A DNA stretch of 64,000 bases from a virus. Lineage: Duplodnaviria; Caudoviricetes. Position 1 is the first letter of the stretch; each line of letters opens with the position of its first letter. The stretch is taken from positions 1 to 64,000 of IMG/VR virus record IMGVR_UViG_2869221657_000003. One strand, 5' to 3'. Below, in pieces: positions 9,221 to 17,895 of this stretch. Below the pieces are notes generated by a model. That model did no database searches. It was given only the letters and a program-made list of their open reading frames with translations, and was not told where the DNA came from. A program made the position numbers and the translations under genes.

Positions 9221-9603
9221 GCGCCGCGCCGGAAATGCCGCTATGGCTCCAGCTAACCGAGCCCGACACCGAAGCCGTAGAAGACCTCAAATCCGCCTTA
9301 GCGCGGTTAAGAAAGGACGGGTGGACCCGTGGAAAGCTTTACGATTACGAAACAGGCAAGTGCTGTTCTCTTGGGGCGTTCAACCACGCATTCCCCCAGG
9401 AGTCACCCGGCACTCCGTACCTCGCCTATGCCATCCGCACCCGTAAGGGCGGGCACCCGTACCCGGCGGACATGCATGACCTCTTCGTCATCACCCGGTT
9501 CAATGACACGCCTAAGCGGAAGTTCGCCGACGTTGAGGCCGTGTTCCTCGCTGCAATTGCTTACGCGGAAGGTAAGGGCGTTCGTGCTCAACCCGGCACT
9601 TAA
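9217..9603 (+). CDS. Hypothetical phage protein (DUF6197-like)
   Basis: LRKDGWTRG..GKCCSLGA; GTGA overlap. Confidence 0.5.
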   Translation: MSAAPEMPLWLQLTEPDTEAVEDLKSALARLRKDGWTRGKLYDYETGKCCSLGAFNHAFPQESPGTPYLAYAIRTRKGGHPYPADMHDLFVITRFNDTPKRKFADVEAVFLAAIAYAEGKGVRAQPGT

Positions 9604-9684
9604 GGACCTTTGCGTGTCTGTGTTCTGCTTGTTAGTTCTGATCGCGTTCTATGCGGTCATCCTCAACGCATGGTGGGTGAAAGC

Positions 9685-10092
9685 ATGAACTCGAATACCA
9701 CTGCCGTACTCGATGGTTCTATTCCTTCAGATTCGGACGATAGCCCGGTAGTGTTGTTTTCAGAGGGGGGCGAGATGAGAAAGTTTCAAGACGTGATCAG
9801 CGAAATGCGACGGGTAGCATTTCACAATCCCTTGGGCCGGAATACAGCTCCGGAATACACCGAGGATGACGGAGAGCCGTGCTGCTTCGTTGGTCACGCC
9901 CTGAAGCGAATGGGAATCTCGCCCAACTTCAAACTTAACGATTACACCGCATCTGCCCTGCCTTGGGAGTTGTGGGGGATCGAACGCCCGAACTCTTACC
10001 AGCAGCTTTGGATCACTACCGTCCAATCTGCCGCCGACAATGGGAATGCGTGGATTATCAGCATTGCAACCGCTGACGCGCTCCTGATCTAA
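9685..10092 (+). CDS. Hypothetical phage protein
   Basis: ORF in operon orientation; PCCFVGHAL. Confidence 0.5.
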   Translation: MNSNTTAVLDGSIPSDSDDSPVVLFSEGGEMRKFQDVISEMRRVAFHNPLGRNTAPEYTEDDGEPCCFVGHALKRMGISPNFKLNDYTASALPWELWGIERPNSYQQLWITTVQSAADNGNAWIISIATADALLI

Positions 10093-10149
10093 GCTCCGGC
10101 TGCCGTCCGGTAAACAACGGCAAAACTGAATGCATTATATGTGAGTTTG

Positions 10150-10610
10150 AAACTACAGCTGTCACTTACGAAGTAACTCCGTTGACGGAGCGTCCGTGTT
10201 TAGTGTCCGGGCGGCAGAGTGGTTCGCCTGCAAGTAAGCCAGCATTGAATACGTGTGTTTTTACGCACAAGCTCGGGTGTATGGGGTGAGGCTTCCACTT
10301 GCCCCTGACCTGATACATGCCATGAGAAGCCGCGCTATCGGTGGATTAGCAGTATCAGAGGTAGAGACGAGCGAGTGCGGGAGCGCTAGGGCTGGCGGCT
10401 GAGGTCGGCCCCCGTAAGAGCGATCCTGACCCGCCTTTGAGAAGTGAAATGGGGTCAGGCGGTTCCGGTTCGATTCCGGGATAGCGCGCAAGGCCGGAGC
10501 GGTCAGAGCGCTCGGCGAGACGGGCATCTCGCTTAGTTGAGGGGTGCGCGTGACGCAAGGGTGTGGCGTCCGCGCGATCTAAGAATGCGGCTCCCGCTCC
10601 GGCTGATCTT
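10150..10610 (+). ncRNA. Candidate large structured ncRNA with tRNA-like acceptor/T-arm module
   Basis: No credible ORF; several 8-10 bp stems; T-loop TTCGATT (see findings). Confidence 0.45.
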
Positions 10611-10644
10611 TTAAACCGTGTCACCACAACACGAAAGGCCAGTT

Positions 10645-11010
10645 ATGACCTCGATCTATCTGGGAGAGCCCACCGGCCCACGACTCCGCGACCTTTCCCG
10701 GTCGCAAGAGGAGGCCCTTAATGACTGGCTGACGATGGCGTTGATTGCGCCGCCGTCTAAGCGTGACGAACTGCCCGTGGATTACACGCGAGCGCTTAGC
10801 TCGCTGGCTAAGCGGCGCGGTATCCGGTTCTTCTTTAACAGTGACCGTATGCGAGTACGTGGTGAGCACGTCTTGGGTAAGAACCTGCCCGGTTGTGTGG
10901 GCGGCTCTAAGCGAAAGGTGACGCAGCGTGACTACAGCCAAGTGGTTGCGAAATCTGGACCCAAGGTTGCGCCGTACCACGAAAGGGACTGGCGTGACGA
11001 CCGCCTCTGA
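10645..11010 (+). CDS. Hypothetical phage protein
   Basis: RBS GAAAGG, ATG 10645. Confidence 0.55.
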   Translation: MTSIYLGEPTGPRLRDLSRSQEEALNDWLTMALIAPPSKRDELPVDYTRALSSLAKRRGIRFFFNSDRMRVRGEHVLGKNLPGCVGGSKRKVTQRDYSQVVAKSGPKVAPYHERDWRDDRL

Positions 11011-12112
11011 CGCGCTATTGCGTAAGCGCCGCGATGATGCGCGCCGCGCAAAGCTGGAGCTAGACAGGCTCCGTAAAGAGATGTTTGACAATAGGGTACG
11101 GGACAAGTACTCTGAGGATCACCGGAGGTTAGACGCATGGACAAGAGAGAGTGCATTTTGGGATGCGGGTCCTCGTACGCGGAGGAATACCAGCTCCACC
11201 TTCACTACTACGCCTCCGAAAAGGGCATCCTCCCCAACTGCGGTCGGGGAGCTGAGCGAAAGGCACCAGGCCGTAATGCTGACTACAGAGCTGAGGCAGC
11301 CTGAAAAGTTGATGCTTGCGGGCGACTGGCACGGGAATATCCCGTGGGCGCTCAAAGCTATTAACTTCGCTAAGCAGCGGGGCGCGGACACGATCTTACA
11401 TGTTGGCGATTTCGGGTGGTGGTCGGTCGCTAACCCGAGGACGGTTCAGTACCTCGATGTCGTGAGTAACGAGCTTGAGCACACCAATCTTGAGGTGGTG
11501 TGGCTTGACGGTAACCACGAAGATCATTCGTTCTGGCACCAGTTCAATAAGCCGGAATCGTTGCCGATGACGCTCATGTCAGCTCCACGCATTACCCATC
11601 TTCCACGCGGCTTCCGCTGGGAGTGGTGGGGTGACACATGGATGGCCTTGGGTGGTGCTCACTCGGTTGACCGGTCGTTTGCGGTTGAGGGTGAGTCCTG
11701 GTGGCCGGGCGAGTGGATTAATGACGAGCAGCTGAAGTACGCGATGCGGCCCGGCAAGGTTGACATCATCGTGGCGCATGATGCGCCGTCATCAGTCGAC
11801 ATCCCCGGCATAAAGCCGGATGGCCCGATCTATCTCAATATCGACGGGAAGGTCCGCCGGGTGCCGCATACGGACCTGTTGGCCGCTAACGATCATAGGC
11901 GGCGGATTCAAGAGGTCTGCGATGCCGTTAAGCCAGTTGAGTTCTATCACGGTCATTATCACCGCGCCTATAACGCCCTGGGTCGGATTGCTGGTGGTGG
12001 CTACATGAATGTTCGTGGGCTCGATAAGGACGAAACCACGATGGCTAAGAACACGCATTTCATCACGGAAGGTACGAAAGATACCGATGAAGACGACGAA
12101 CTTGCCTGGTGA
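10994..12112 (+). CDS. Metallophosphoesterase (calcineurin-like); start may be 11276
   Basis: GDWHG, VGDFG, DGNHE, HDAP, GHYH motifs. Confidence 0.85.
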   Translation: MTTASDALLRKRRDDARRAKLELDRLRKEMFDNRVRDKYSEDHRRLDAWTRESAFWDAGPRTRRNTSSTFTTTPPKRASSPTAVGELSERHQAVMLTTELRQPEKLMLAGDWHGNIPWALKAINFAKQRGADTILHVGDFGWWSVANPRTVQYLDVVSNELEHTNLEVVWLDGNHEDHSFWHQFNKPESLPMTLMSAPRITHLPRGFRWEWWGDTWMALGGAHSVDRSFAVEGESWWPGEWINDEQLKYAMRPGKVDIIVAHDAPSSVDIPGIKPDGPIYLNIDGKVRRVPHTDLLAANDHRRRIQEVCDAVKPVEFYHGHYHRAYNALGRIAGGGYMNVRGLDKDETTMAKNTHFITEGTKDTDEDDELAW

Positions 12113-12190
12113 GCAAGGAAGTGGCTTGCTTACCGTCGCGCAGTATGTCAATACCGCGAGCTATCTCAACGATAAACAGAAGCCCGTCTG

Positions 12191-12493
12191 ATGAGGGCTA
12201 GCGAGCGCTTAGCTGAGCGGAACGACATTCTGGCGGTCATTAACCAGATTGACGATGACCTGGATACTGCGGACGCTGATTTGACGCGGGAACTTTTGGA
12301 CATCCGGCGCGGCTTGGGCCGCGAGTTGAGCACGCTCGGGTTCACTGCGCCCGATCTGGACGAGAGGTTTAAGGAACATGAGGGCACTGTTGCTGGTGCT
12401 GTTGATAGCGCTGGCGGTGGCGGCGGGTCTGTTGATTCGTCTGTGGTTGCGAAACGCCGTATTGGACCGCCAGGCGAAGTCGCTTCAGGCTAA
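12191..12493 (+). CDS. Hypothetical protein
   Basis: ATGA overlap with upstream small ORF; 3' part overlaps next ORF. Confidence 0.4.
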   Translation: MRASERLAERNDILAVINQIDDDLDTADADLTRELLDIRRGLGRELSTLGFTAPDLDERFKEHEGTVAGAVDSAGGGGGSVDSSVVAKRRIGPPGEVASG

Positions 12494-12629
12494 GTATCCA
12501 CTGCTGGCTGTTCCGGGCTTGTCGCGTAGGCAGCGCCGGGATTACGTCACTGAACTGTTGCGCCGTGAGCAAGAGGAATACGACGGGCGTGTTACAGCTC
12601 AATTGATGAATGGCTACAACTTTCGTTAA
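12378..12629 (+). CDS. Small membrane protein
   Basis: RBS AAGGA; N-terminal hydrophobic helix. Confidence 0.55.
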   Translation: MRALLLVLLIALAVAAGLLIRLWLRNAVLDRQAKSLQAKYPLLAVPGLSRRQRRDYVTELLRREQEEYDGRVTAQLMNGYNFR

Positions 12630-12707
12630 ACAACTTAATACCGAAGTAAACAAACAGGACCCCCGGCGGCTGCGGCTGTCGGGGGTTTCTCCTATGAAGG
12701 GAATGTT

Positions 12708-13640
12708 TTGAAACGTAACAAGATCGTGGCGTTGGCTATGGCGGGCGCGGCGGCGGTAACGCTGTCGGCGTGTTCCACGTCGGTCCCGGCGGGCAGCCAG
12801 GCCGTCAAGGTTGACACCTACGCGGTGATTCCGACCGATCCGACTGTTGAGGGCTGCATTAAGCCTGAACAGAACGAATGGAATCCGCCGGGTGGGTTCG
12901 ACGCGTACCTGTACCCGTCGCGTCAGATCAGTTTCGACGCCAGCGACGATAAGGACGCGGAAGCCCCGTCTACCGTCGTCGTGTCGAATGCAGAGGCACC
13001 GGCTGAGCTGAAGGTGCCTGTGACGGTCACGTTCGACCTGACGCAGGATTGCGAGAAGCTGAAGCAGTTCCACCGGGATTTCGGCACGAAGTACCAGGGC
13101 TGGCTTACTGAGGAGGGCGCGGTTACGCAGGGCTGGAAAGACCTGCTGAACTACGTGATCGGTCAGCCGCTCCGGAACACTCTGGTGTCCATCGCGCAGA
13201 AATACCCGTGGCGTGAGATTTGGAACGACGAGAAGATTCGTATCGAGTTCCAGAACGCGTTGACGCAGACCCTTCCGCAGGTGTCTAAGGACCGCACCAA
13301 CGGTGTCGAATACTTCACCAACTTTCAGGTCACGGTGATGAAGCCCGATCCGGTGGACGGCGGCTTGAAGTCGGCCATTGTTGCTGAGCAGCAGGCCATT
13401 GCTCAGGCTAAGGCGACTGAGGCGCAGGGTGTTTCGGCGGCTAACGCGGCTAAGGCGACTGCGGATGCTCAGGTGGCGCAGGCTGAGGCTCAGACGAAGG
13501 TGGCTGTTCAGGAGGCGCTGAAGCGCAAGGCTGAGATTTCGGGTTACCCGGATGTTGATGCCTATCTCAAGGCTCAGGCGATCACTAAGGGCATTACGCC
13601 GTGGCCGTCGCCGGTCATCGCTGGGGCTCCGGCTCGCTAA
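12708..13640 (+). CDS. SPFH/Band-7-like lipoprotein
   Basis: Lipobox LSAC; SPFH-like core; Ala/Gln coiled coil AEQQAIAQAKA. Confidence 0.7.
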   Translation: MKRNKIVALAMAGAAAVTLSACSTSVPAGSQAVKVDTYAVIPTDPTVEGCIKPEQNEWNPPGGFDAYLYPSRQISFDASDDKDAEAPSTVVVSNAEAPAELKVPVTVTFDLTQDCEKLKQFHRDFGTKYQGWLTEEGAVTQGWKDLLNYVIGQPLRNTLVSIAQKYPWREIWNDEKIRIEFQNALTQTLPQVSKDRTNGVEYFTNFQVTVMKPDPVDGGLKSAIVAEQQAIAQAKATEAQGVSAANAAKATADAQVAQAEAQTKVAVQEALKRKAEISGYPDVDAYLKAQAITKGITPWPSPVIAGAPAR

Positions 13641-13778
13641 GTAGGCCGTGGGTGGTGAGTAGCGAACCGGTAGCCCCGGACGTATACCTGCCCACTCTTT
13701 AAATCTCACCGGATGGGGCGCGCATATCCGGTCGTGATTAACGCACGCGCACACACACAACACTTAAAGGATTGAATT

Positions 13779-14153
13779 ATGGCTACGAAAGCCGAACTTG
13801 AGCTTGAGAACGCGAAGCTCCGCGCCGATCTGGAATTGGCGGGCAAAACCTTCAATGAGGCTGCCGAGGATAACGGCCTGTGCGACGCCTACGACGAAGT
13901 GGTGGAGGACCTGAACCGGCAGCTGGCTTCCGGCTTTAAGTTCCCCCCGCGCGGCACCGACCATGAGGTCGATGTTGAGTTGGTGGTAACGCTGGGCACC
14001 AGCATTAAGGTGTTCGCGCGCACCGACTACGAGGCCGAGGATAAGGCGCGGCACGAAATGGACGCGGAGGACGTGTTCAAGGCTGCGGGCCTGTCTGATC
14101 TTTTTGCCACGCTGTATAAGGCTGGCTGGAACCTCGATGTGGAGGTCGGCTGA
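13779..14153 (+). CDS. Hypothetical phage protein
   Basis: RBS AAAGGA; phage-like codon usage. Confidence 0.6.
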   Translation: MATKAELELENAKLRADLELAGKTFNEAAEDNGLCDAYDEVVEDLNRQLASGFKFPPRGTDHEVDVELVVTLGTSIKVFARTDYEAEDKARHEMDAEDVFKAAGLSDLFATLYKAGWNLDVEVG

Positions 14154-14155
14154 AA

Positions 14156-14398
14156 ATGGGCGTCTTCAAAAACAAGCGGGCACTGCCCGCCCCGGTAGCC
14201 CCGAAGTCGGTCGCGTCCATTACAGCGGGGCTGAACGACACGCTCGCTGAACTGGAGGCGCACGCTGAAGATCAGACGACGCAGGCCGAGCGGCAGAAGC
14301 GTTGGGCTGACAACGCGCTGCGCGCCGCTGCCGAGCATGAGGCTGAGGTCATTCAGGCACGCAAGATTGCCGGGAACATTAAGGCGCTGCTCAGCTAA
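14156..14398 (+). CDS. Hypothetical coiled-coil protein
   Basis: Closely packed ORF after GGAGG. Confidence 0.55.
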   Translation: MGVFKNKRALPAPVAPKSVASITAGLNDTLAELEAHAEDQTTQAERQKRWADNALRAAAEHEAEVIQARKIAGNIKALLS

Positions 14399-14578
14399 AG
14401 CCTAATTGCCTGCTACAGAGCTAACCCGTGAGGTCGGGAGAATCTGGGCACGCTTGGAAACGGGCCGCGAGAGCGGGGAAGATTCCCGGTCAAACCTGCT
14501 TAGGCAGTTAGGGCCGTTAGGTGGGGCGCTGCATACCTGACCACGCGCATAAACCTCTGAACATGCAAAGGAACATTC

Positions 14579-14971
14579 ATGTCGAAAAAGAGCCTTTTCA
14601 ATCAGCCGGGCGTCGAACAACTCGTACCCGGTCGGGACCTGCCGGTAGCCGTTAAGGTCACGGGCCGCAATCTGCACGCGGTGGGCCTGCTGGTGTCGGT
14701 TTCCAGCGAGACAGTTAAGGGCCGGTCCGGGCTCGGTGTCCATTTCGAGGATGACGGTTCGCTGTCACACATTCTGCTGGTCTCGGACGGTACGGAGCAA
14801 TTGCGCGTTAACGCCGGGGAATACCTGTTGATGGGTCCGGATAAGGCCGCGATCATCGCCGCTTCTAAGGCGGAATACGAGTTCTACAAGACGCTAGCTC
14901 CGCTGGTGGTGTCGGTCGGCGCGGCGTTCGCCACGCTCGGCTCCAGCATCGCCAGCGCTATCGGAATCTAA
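14579..14971 (+). CDS. Hypothetical phage protein
   Basis: RBS AAAGGA; C-terminal hydrophobic tail. Confidence 0.55.
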   Translation: MSKKSLFNQPGVEQLVPGRDLPVAVKVTGRNLHAVGLLVSVSSETVKGRSGLGVHFEDDGSLSHILLVSDGTEQLRVNAGEYLLMGPDKAAIIAASKAEYEFYKTLAPLVVSVGAAFATLGSSIASAIGI

Positions 14972-15024
14972 ACAGCCCTTACCCGCCACCGTGGCTTTCT
15001 AAAACGACGAGAAAGAGAAAACTT

Positions 15025-16458
15025 GTGACGACCTTTTTGCAGCACCTACAGTCGCAGTCCAATACGACGCGCACCGAAAACGGCGACAAGGCCCACAAGT
15101 CTTCGCTTGATCCGGTGGTGGATTACTTCAGCCTGGCGGGCGCTATGCGTTCGCGGGCCGGGGATACCGCTGACCTCTTTGAGGCGGCATACCGTAGCGA
15201 CCCCCTGGCGGCGACTAGGGCGCTTTTCTACCTCCGGGACATCCGTGGGGGCCAGGGCGAGCGTGACGTGTTCTACGCGGGCCTCAAGCGCCTTTTCCAG
15301 CTGTCCCCGGAGAAGTTCGCCCGGAACCTCACTCATGTCCCGTTCTATGGCCGCTGGGATGACCTGTTCATCTTCGGCGCTGAGGTTCCCGCGTCGGTGG
15401 CGGCGCTAATCAATCAGCAGTGGGCGTTGGACGTGGACGGCTACGAGCAGGGCGGCCAGGTGTCACTGTTGGCTAAGTGGCTGCCGTCGCAGAAGACAGG
15501 TTCGGTCAATCCGCTGCGTCGTCAGCTGGCGATCAACGTTCGTGAGGCTCTTGGCTTGTCGCAGCGGGAGTACCGGCAGACCCTTAGCGCGCTTAGGGGT
15601 CGGATCGGCCTGGTGGAGCACGACATGTCGGAGCGCACCTACGAGCACATCGACTACTCGCGGCTCCCGGCCCAGGCGCACCGTAAGCACGTTAAGGCGT
15701 TCCGCCGCAACGACAATGAGCGCTATCAGGCGTTCCTTGATTCGGTGGAGCGCGGCGAGGCGAAGGTGAACACGTCGACCCTGTATCCGTATGAGCTGTT
15801 TGACCTGGTGCAGACCGACGCTAAGGCGGCGGACGTGCTGTGGAAGAACCTGCCGGATTACACGCGGCCCGGCCAGGATGCCCTTGTGCTGCCTGACGTG
15901 TCGGGTTCGATGTGGGGCCGTCCCATGTCGGTGTCGGTGTCGCTGGCTCTGTACTTCGCTGAGCGCAACACGGGTCCGTACAAGGGCTACTTCCTGTCGT
16001 TCGATACGACGCCCAAGCTGGTTAAGGTGCCGGAGAGCGGGGGCTTGGCGTCCAAGCTGTCCGCGATTGAGTACCACACGCGCAACTGTGGGTCCACGAA
16101 CCTTGAGGCGGCGTTTGACGCGATCCTTAAGGCGGGCGTGGCGTCGGGGACGGTGCCGAAGGTGCTCTACATCGTGTCGGACATGCAGTTCAACTCGGCT
16201 CTGAACCATGCTGACGCGTCGGTTTTCGAGTCGGCCAAGTTGTCGTTTAACGAGGTTGGTTTGGAGTTGCCGCACGTCGTGTTCTGGAATGTGAATGCGC
16301 GGCACGATCAGCTTCCGGCGACGATCATGGATGGCAATGTGACGTTGGTGTCTGGTTTGGCGGCTACGACGTTCAGCATGGCGGTGGAGGGTAAGTCCCC
16401 CCGCGAGCTGGTGGATAGCGTGCTGAACAGTGAGCGGTACGCCCAGATCACTCTCTGA
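15025..16458 (+). CDS. DUF2828 family TROVE/Ro60-related vWA protein
   Basis: TRTENG, RDIRGGQGER, YGRWDDL, LLAKWLPS, TLYPYE, MIDAS DVSGSM, SDMQF, VFWN, LVSG motifs. Confidence 0.8.
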   Translation: MTTFLQHLQSQSNTTRTENGDKAHKSSLDPVVDYFSLAGAMRSRAGDTADLFEAAYRSDPLAATRALFYLRDIRGGQGERDVFYAGLKRLFQLSPEKFARNLTHVPFYGRWDDLFIFGAEVPASVAALINQQWALDVDGYEQGGQVSLLAKWLPSQKTGSVNPLRRQLAINVREALGLSQREYRQTLSALRGRIGLVEHDMSERTYEHIDYSRLPAQAHRKHVKAFRRNDNERYQAFLDSVERGEAKVNTSTLYPYELFDLVQTDAKAADVLWKNLPDYTRPGQDALVLPDVSGSMWGRPMSVSVSLALYFAERNTGPYKGYFLSFDTTPKLVKVPESGGLASKLSAIEYHTRNCGSTNLEAAFDAILKAGVASGTVPKVLYIVSDMQFNSALNHADASVFESAKLSFNEVGLELPHVVFWNVNARHDQLPATIMDGNVTLVSGLAATTFSMAVEGKSPRELVDSVLNSERYAQITL

Positions 16459-16462
16459 GCTG

Positions 16463-16504
16463 GGACGGAAGCAAGGTGATAAGGGAAAGGCTTTGCTTCC
16501 GTCC
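16463..16504 (+). other. Strong hairpin (terminator-like or degenerate array unit)
   Basis: GGACGGAAGCAA...TTGCTTCCGTCC. Confidence 0.55.
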
Positions 16505-16549
16505 TATTATTTCTGTATTCGCCTTTTGGTGAGTATGGTTAGAAACAAG

Positions 16550-16601
16550 TGGACGCTTACAGCAATTACAACTGTTTGCATACAACAAAAAACAGCGTCC
16601 A
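16550..16601 (+). ncRNA. Y-RNA-like stem unit 1
   Basis: TGGACGCT/AGCGTCCA stem, ACAGCAAT, AAAAAAC. Confidence 0.6.
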
Positions 16602-16610
16602 GATAGCTTG

Positions 16611-16744
16611 TGGACCCCCACAGCAATAAAATTCTTCCACTGATAAATGGCGAGGTAGCGGGTTCGACTCCCGCAGCTCTTACGGTTTTCACCGTAAGGG
16701 TTTAGCTCATCGGCTAGAGCGCGTATAGAAAAAACAGGGGTCCA
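16611..16744 (+). ncRNA. YrlA-like Y RNA (permuted tRNA-like domain), unit 2
   Basis: TGGACCCC/GGGGTCCA stem; T arm 16658-16674, loop-closed acceptor stem 16675-16702, D arm 16703-16721. Confidence 0.75.
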
Positions 16745-16754
16745 GTAAGCGGTG

Positions 16755-16808
16755 TGGACACGCACAGCAATCACATACCTTTCAATTGGTGAAAATAAAC
16801 TGTGTCCA
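16755..16808 (+). ncRNA. Y-RNA-like stem unit 3
   Basis: TGGACAC/GTGTCCA stem, ACAGCAAT, AAATAAAC. Confidence 0.6.
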
Positions 16809-16823
16809 GCAATACCGTGCTTT

Positions 16824-16860
16824 AGCCCCCCGCCATATCACTACTTGCGGGGGGCTTTCG
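16824..16860 (+). terminator. Intrinsic terminator
   Basis: AGCCCCCCGC...GCGGGGGGCT followed by TTCGTTT. Confidence 0.7.
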
Positions 16861-16999
16861 TTTGCCCATGAGAGGAAATCATGCCAGGACCAATGTCCGC
16901 GCCTAACGGAAACGCCCTGATCACCCGCGATCCAGAGGCGCGTAAGAAAGCCGGTCGCACCGGCAAGACCGAGAAAACCCGCGCTAAGGGGGCCAGTAA

Positions 17000-17350
17000 G
17001 TGAAAGCTCTAGCTGTTGCAGTTGCCGCCGTCGCGGCGCTCACCATGTCTGCCTGTGCAACGCAGAATCAGCACTGGGAGAAGAACTGCACCGTCACCGC
17101 TAAGACGATCCTCACGGATGTCTCCGGCGATAAGAACAGCACGTCCACTACCCGCACTAAGCGGGTGGACACCAGCTGCGGTTCGTACAACGTTGAGGAT
17201 GCCTGGGAAGTTGGGTCGTTCAATTCGTGGGACCTCTGGGGGAAGCTGCAAGAGGGCAAGGTCTACGACTTGAAGGTCGGCGGCATCCGCAACGGATTCT
17301 TCTCGATGTTCCAGACCGTGATTGACGTTAAGCCGGTGGGTCATGCTTAG
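17000..17350 (+). CDS. Putative lipoprotein
   Basis: Signal peptide with MSAC lipobox. Confidence 0.6.
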   Translation: MKALAVAVAAVAALTMSACATQNQHWEKNCTVTAKTILTDVSGDKNSTSTTRTKRVDTSCGSYNVEDAWEVGSFNSWDLWGKLQEGKVYDLKVGGIRNGFFSMFQTVIDVKPVGHA

Positions 17351-17594
17351 CGTCCGTGAGGCTGTCGCCAAGTTCTTTGAGGCTCAGGCCGTAGAGCGGG
17401 GCGAGGAACCGGACGCCGACAAGTTCTATCCGAAGCCGAATCGGGCACGTATCCGTGCTTACCGGTTCGGTAGGACGGGTGAGCCGAAGCCCAAGCGGTC
17501 GCGTATCCAGAGGGGTGTTACGCGGCAACCTGCGGCCCGTGGCGTGGTTGTGACTCACGGCATGGTGGGCGCTATTTCCAAGTATGGGGGATAG
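17343..17594 (+). CDS. Hypothetical basic protein
   Basis: Overlapping start in operon. Confidence 0.45.
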   Translation: MLSVREAVAKFFEAQAVERGEEPDADKFYPKPNRARIRAYRFGRTGEPKPKRSRIQRGVTRQPAARGVVVTHGMVGAISKYGG

Positions 17595-17895
17595 CAATGG
17601 CGCTGCTGTTTATCGCGGCAGTTATCGCGTCATGCGTAGCTTACGTTTTTGGGCTGCCGTGGTACGTGCTGCTGACCATTTGGCTCGCGTTTGGCGCGGG
17701 CTACGCCTACGGAGGTGGTTTCTTTGAGCTTCGTTAGTGAAATCAAGGTTAAGGACGACTACGTTCACCGGGTCCTGGAATCGGACCGTGAGCCGGTTGT
17801 CGGTCGAATCGGGACGCTAACTGTGGTCACCGATAAGCAATATGTCGTGTACGCGCCGGGTTACTGGCAGAGCTACAGCGTTAGGGAAAAAGCAA

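Noticed and set aside
10330-10490. tmRNA or intron-containing tRNA
   Set aside because: No G3-U70 Ala identity, too short for tmRNA, no tag ORF recognised, and no group I/II core motifs seen.
12369-13763. Long antisense ORFs (also 25657-27093, 33423-34817, 48055-49506 and others)
   Set aside because: Shadow frames opposite well-supported genes in high-GC DNA, with no recognisable motifs.
14440-14520. c-di-GMP or c-di-AMP riboswitch
   Set aside because: Only fragmentary resemblance (GAAA loop, CCGGTCAAAC); the conserved core could not be aligned.
16549-16810. CRISPR array interpretation of the repeated units
   Set aside because: Units are covarying closed stems with very unequal interiors rather than identical repeats with uniform spacers, and no cas genes are present.
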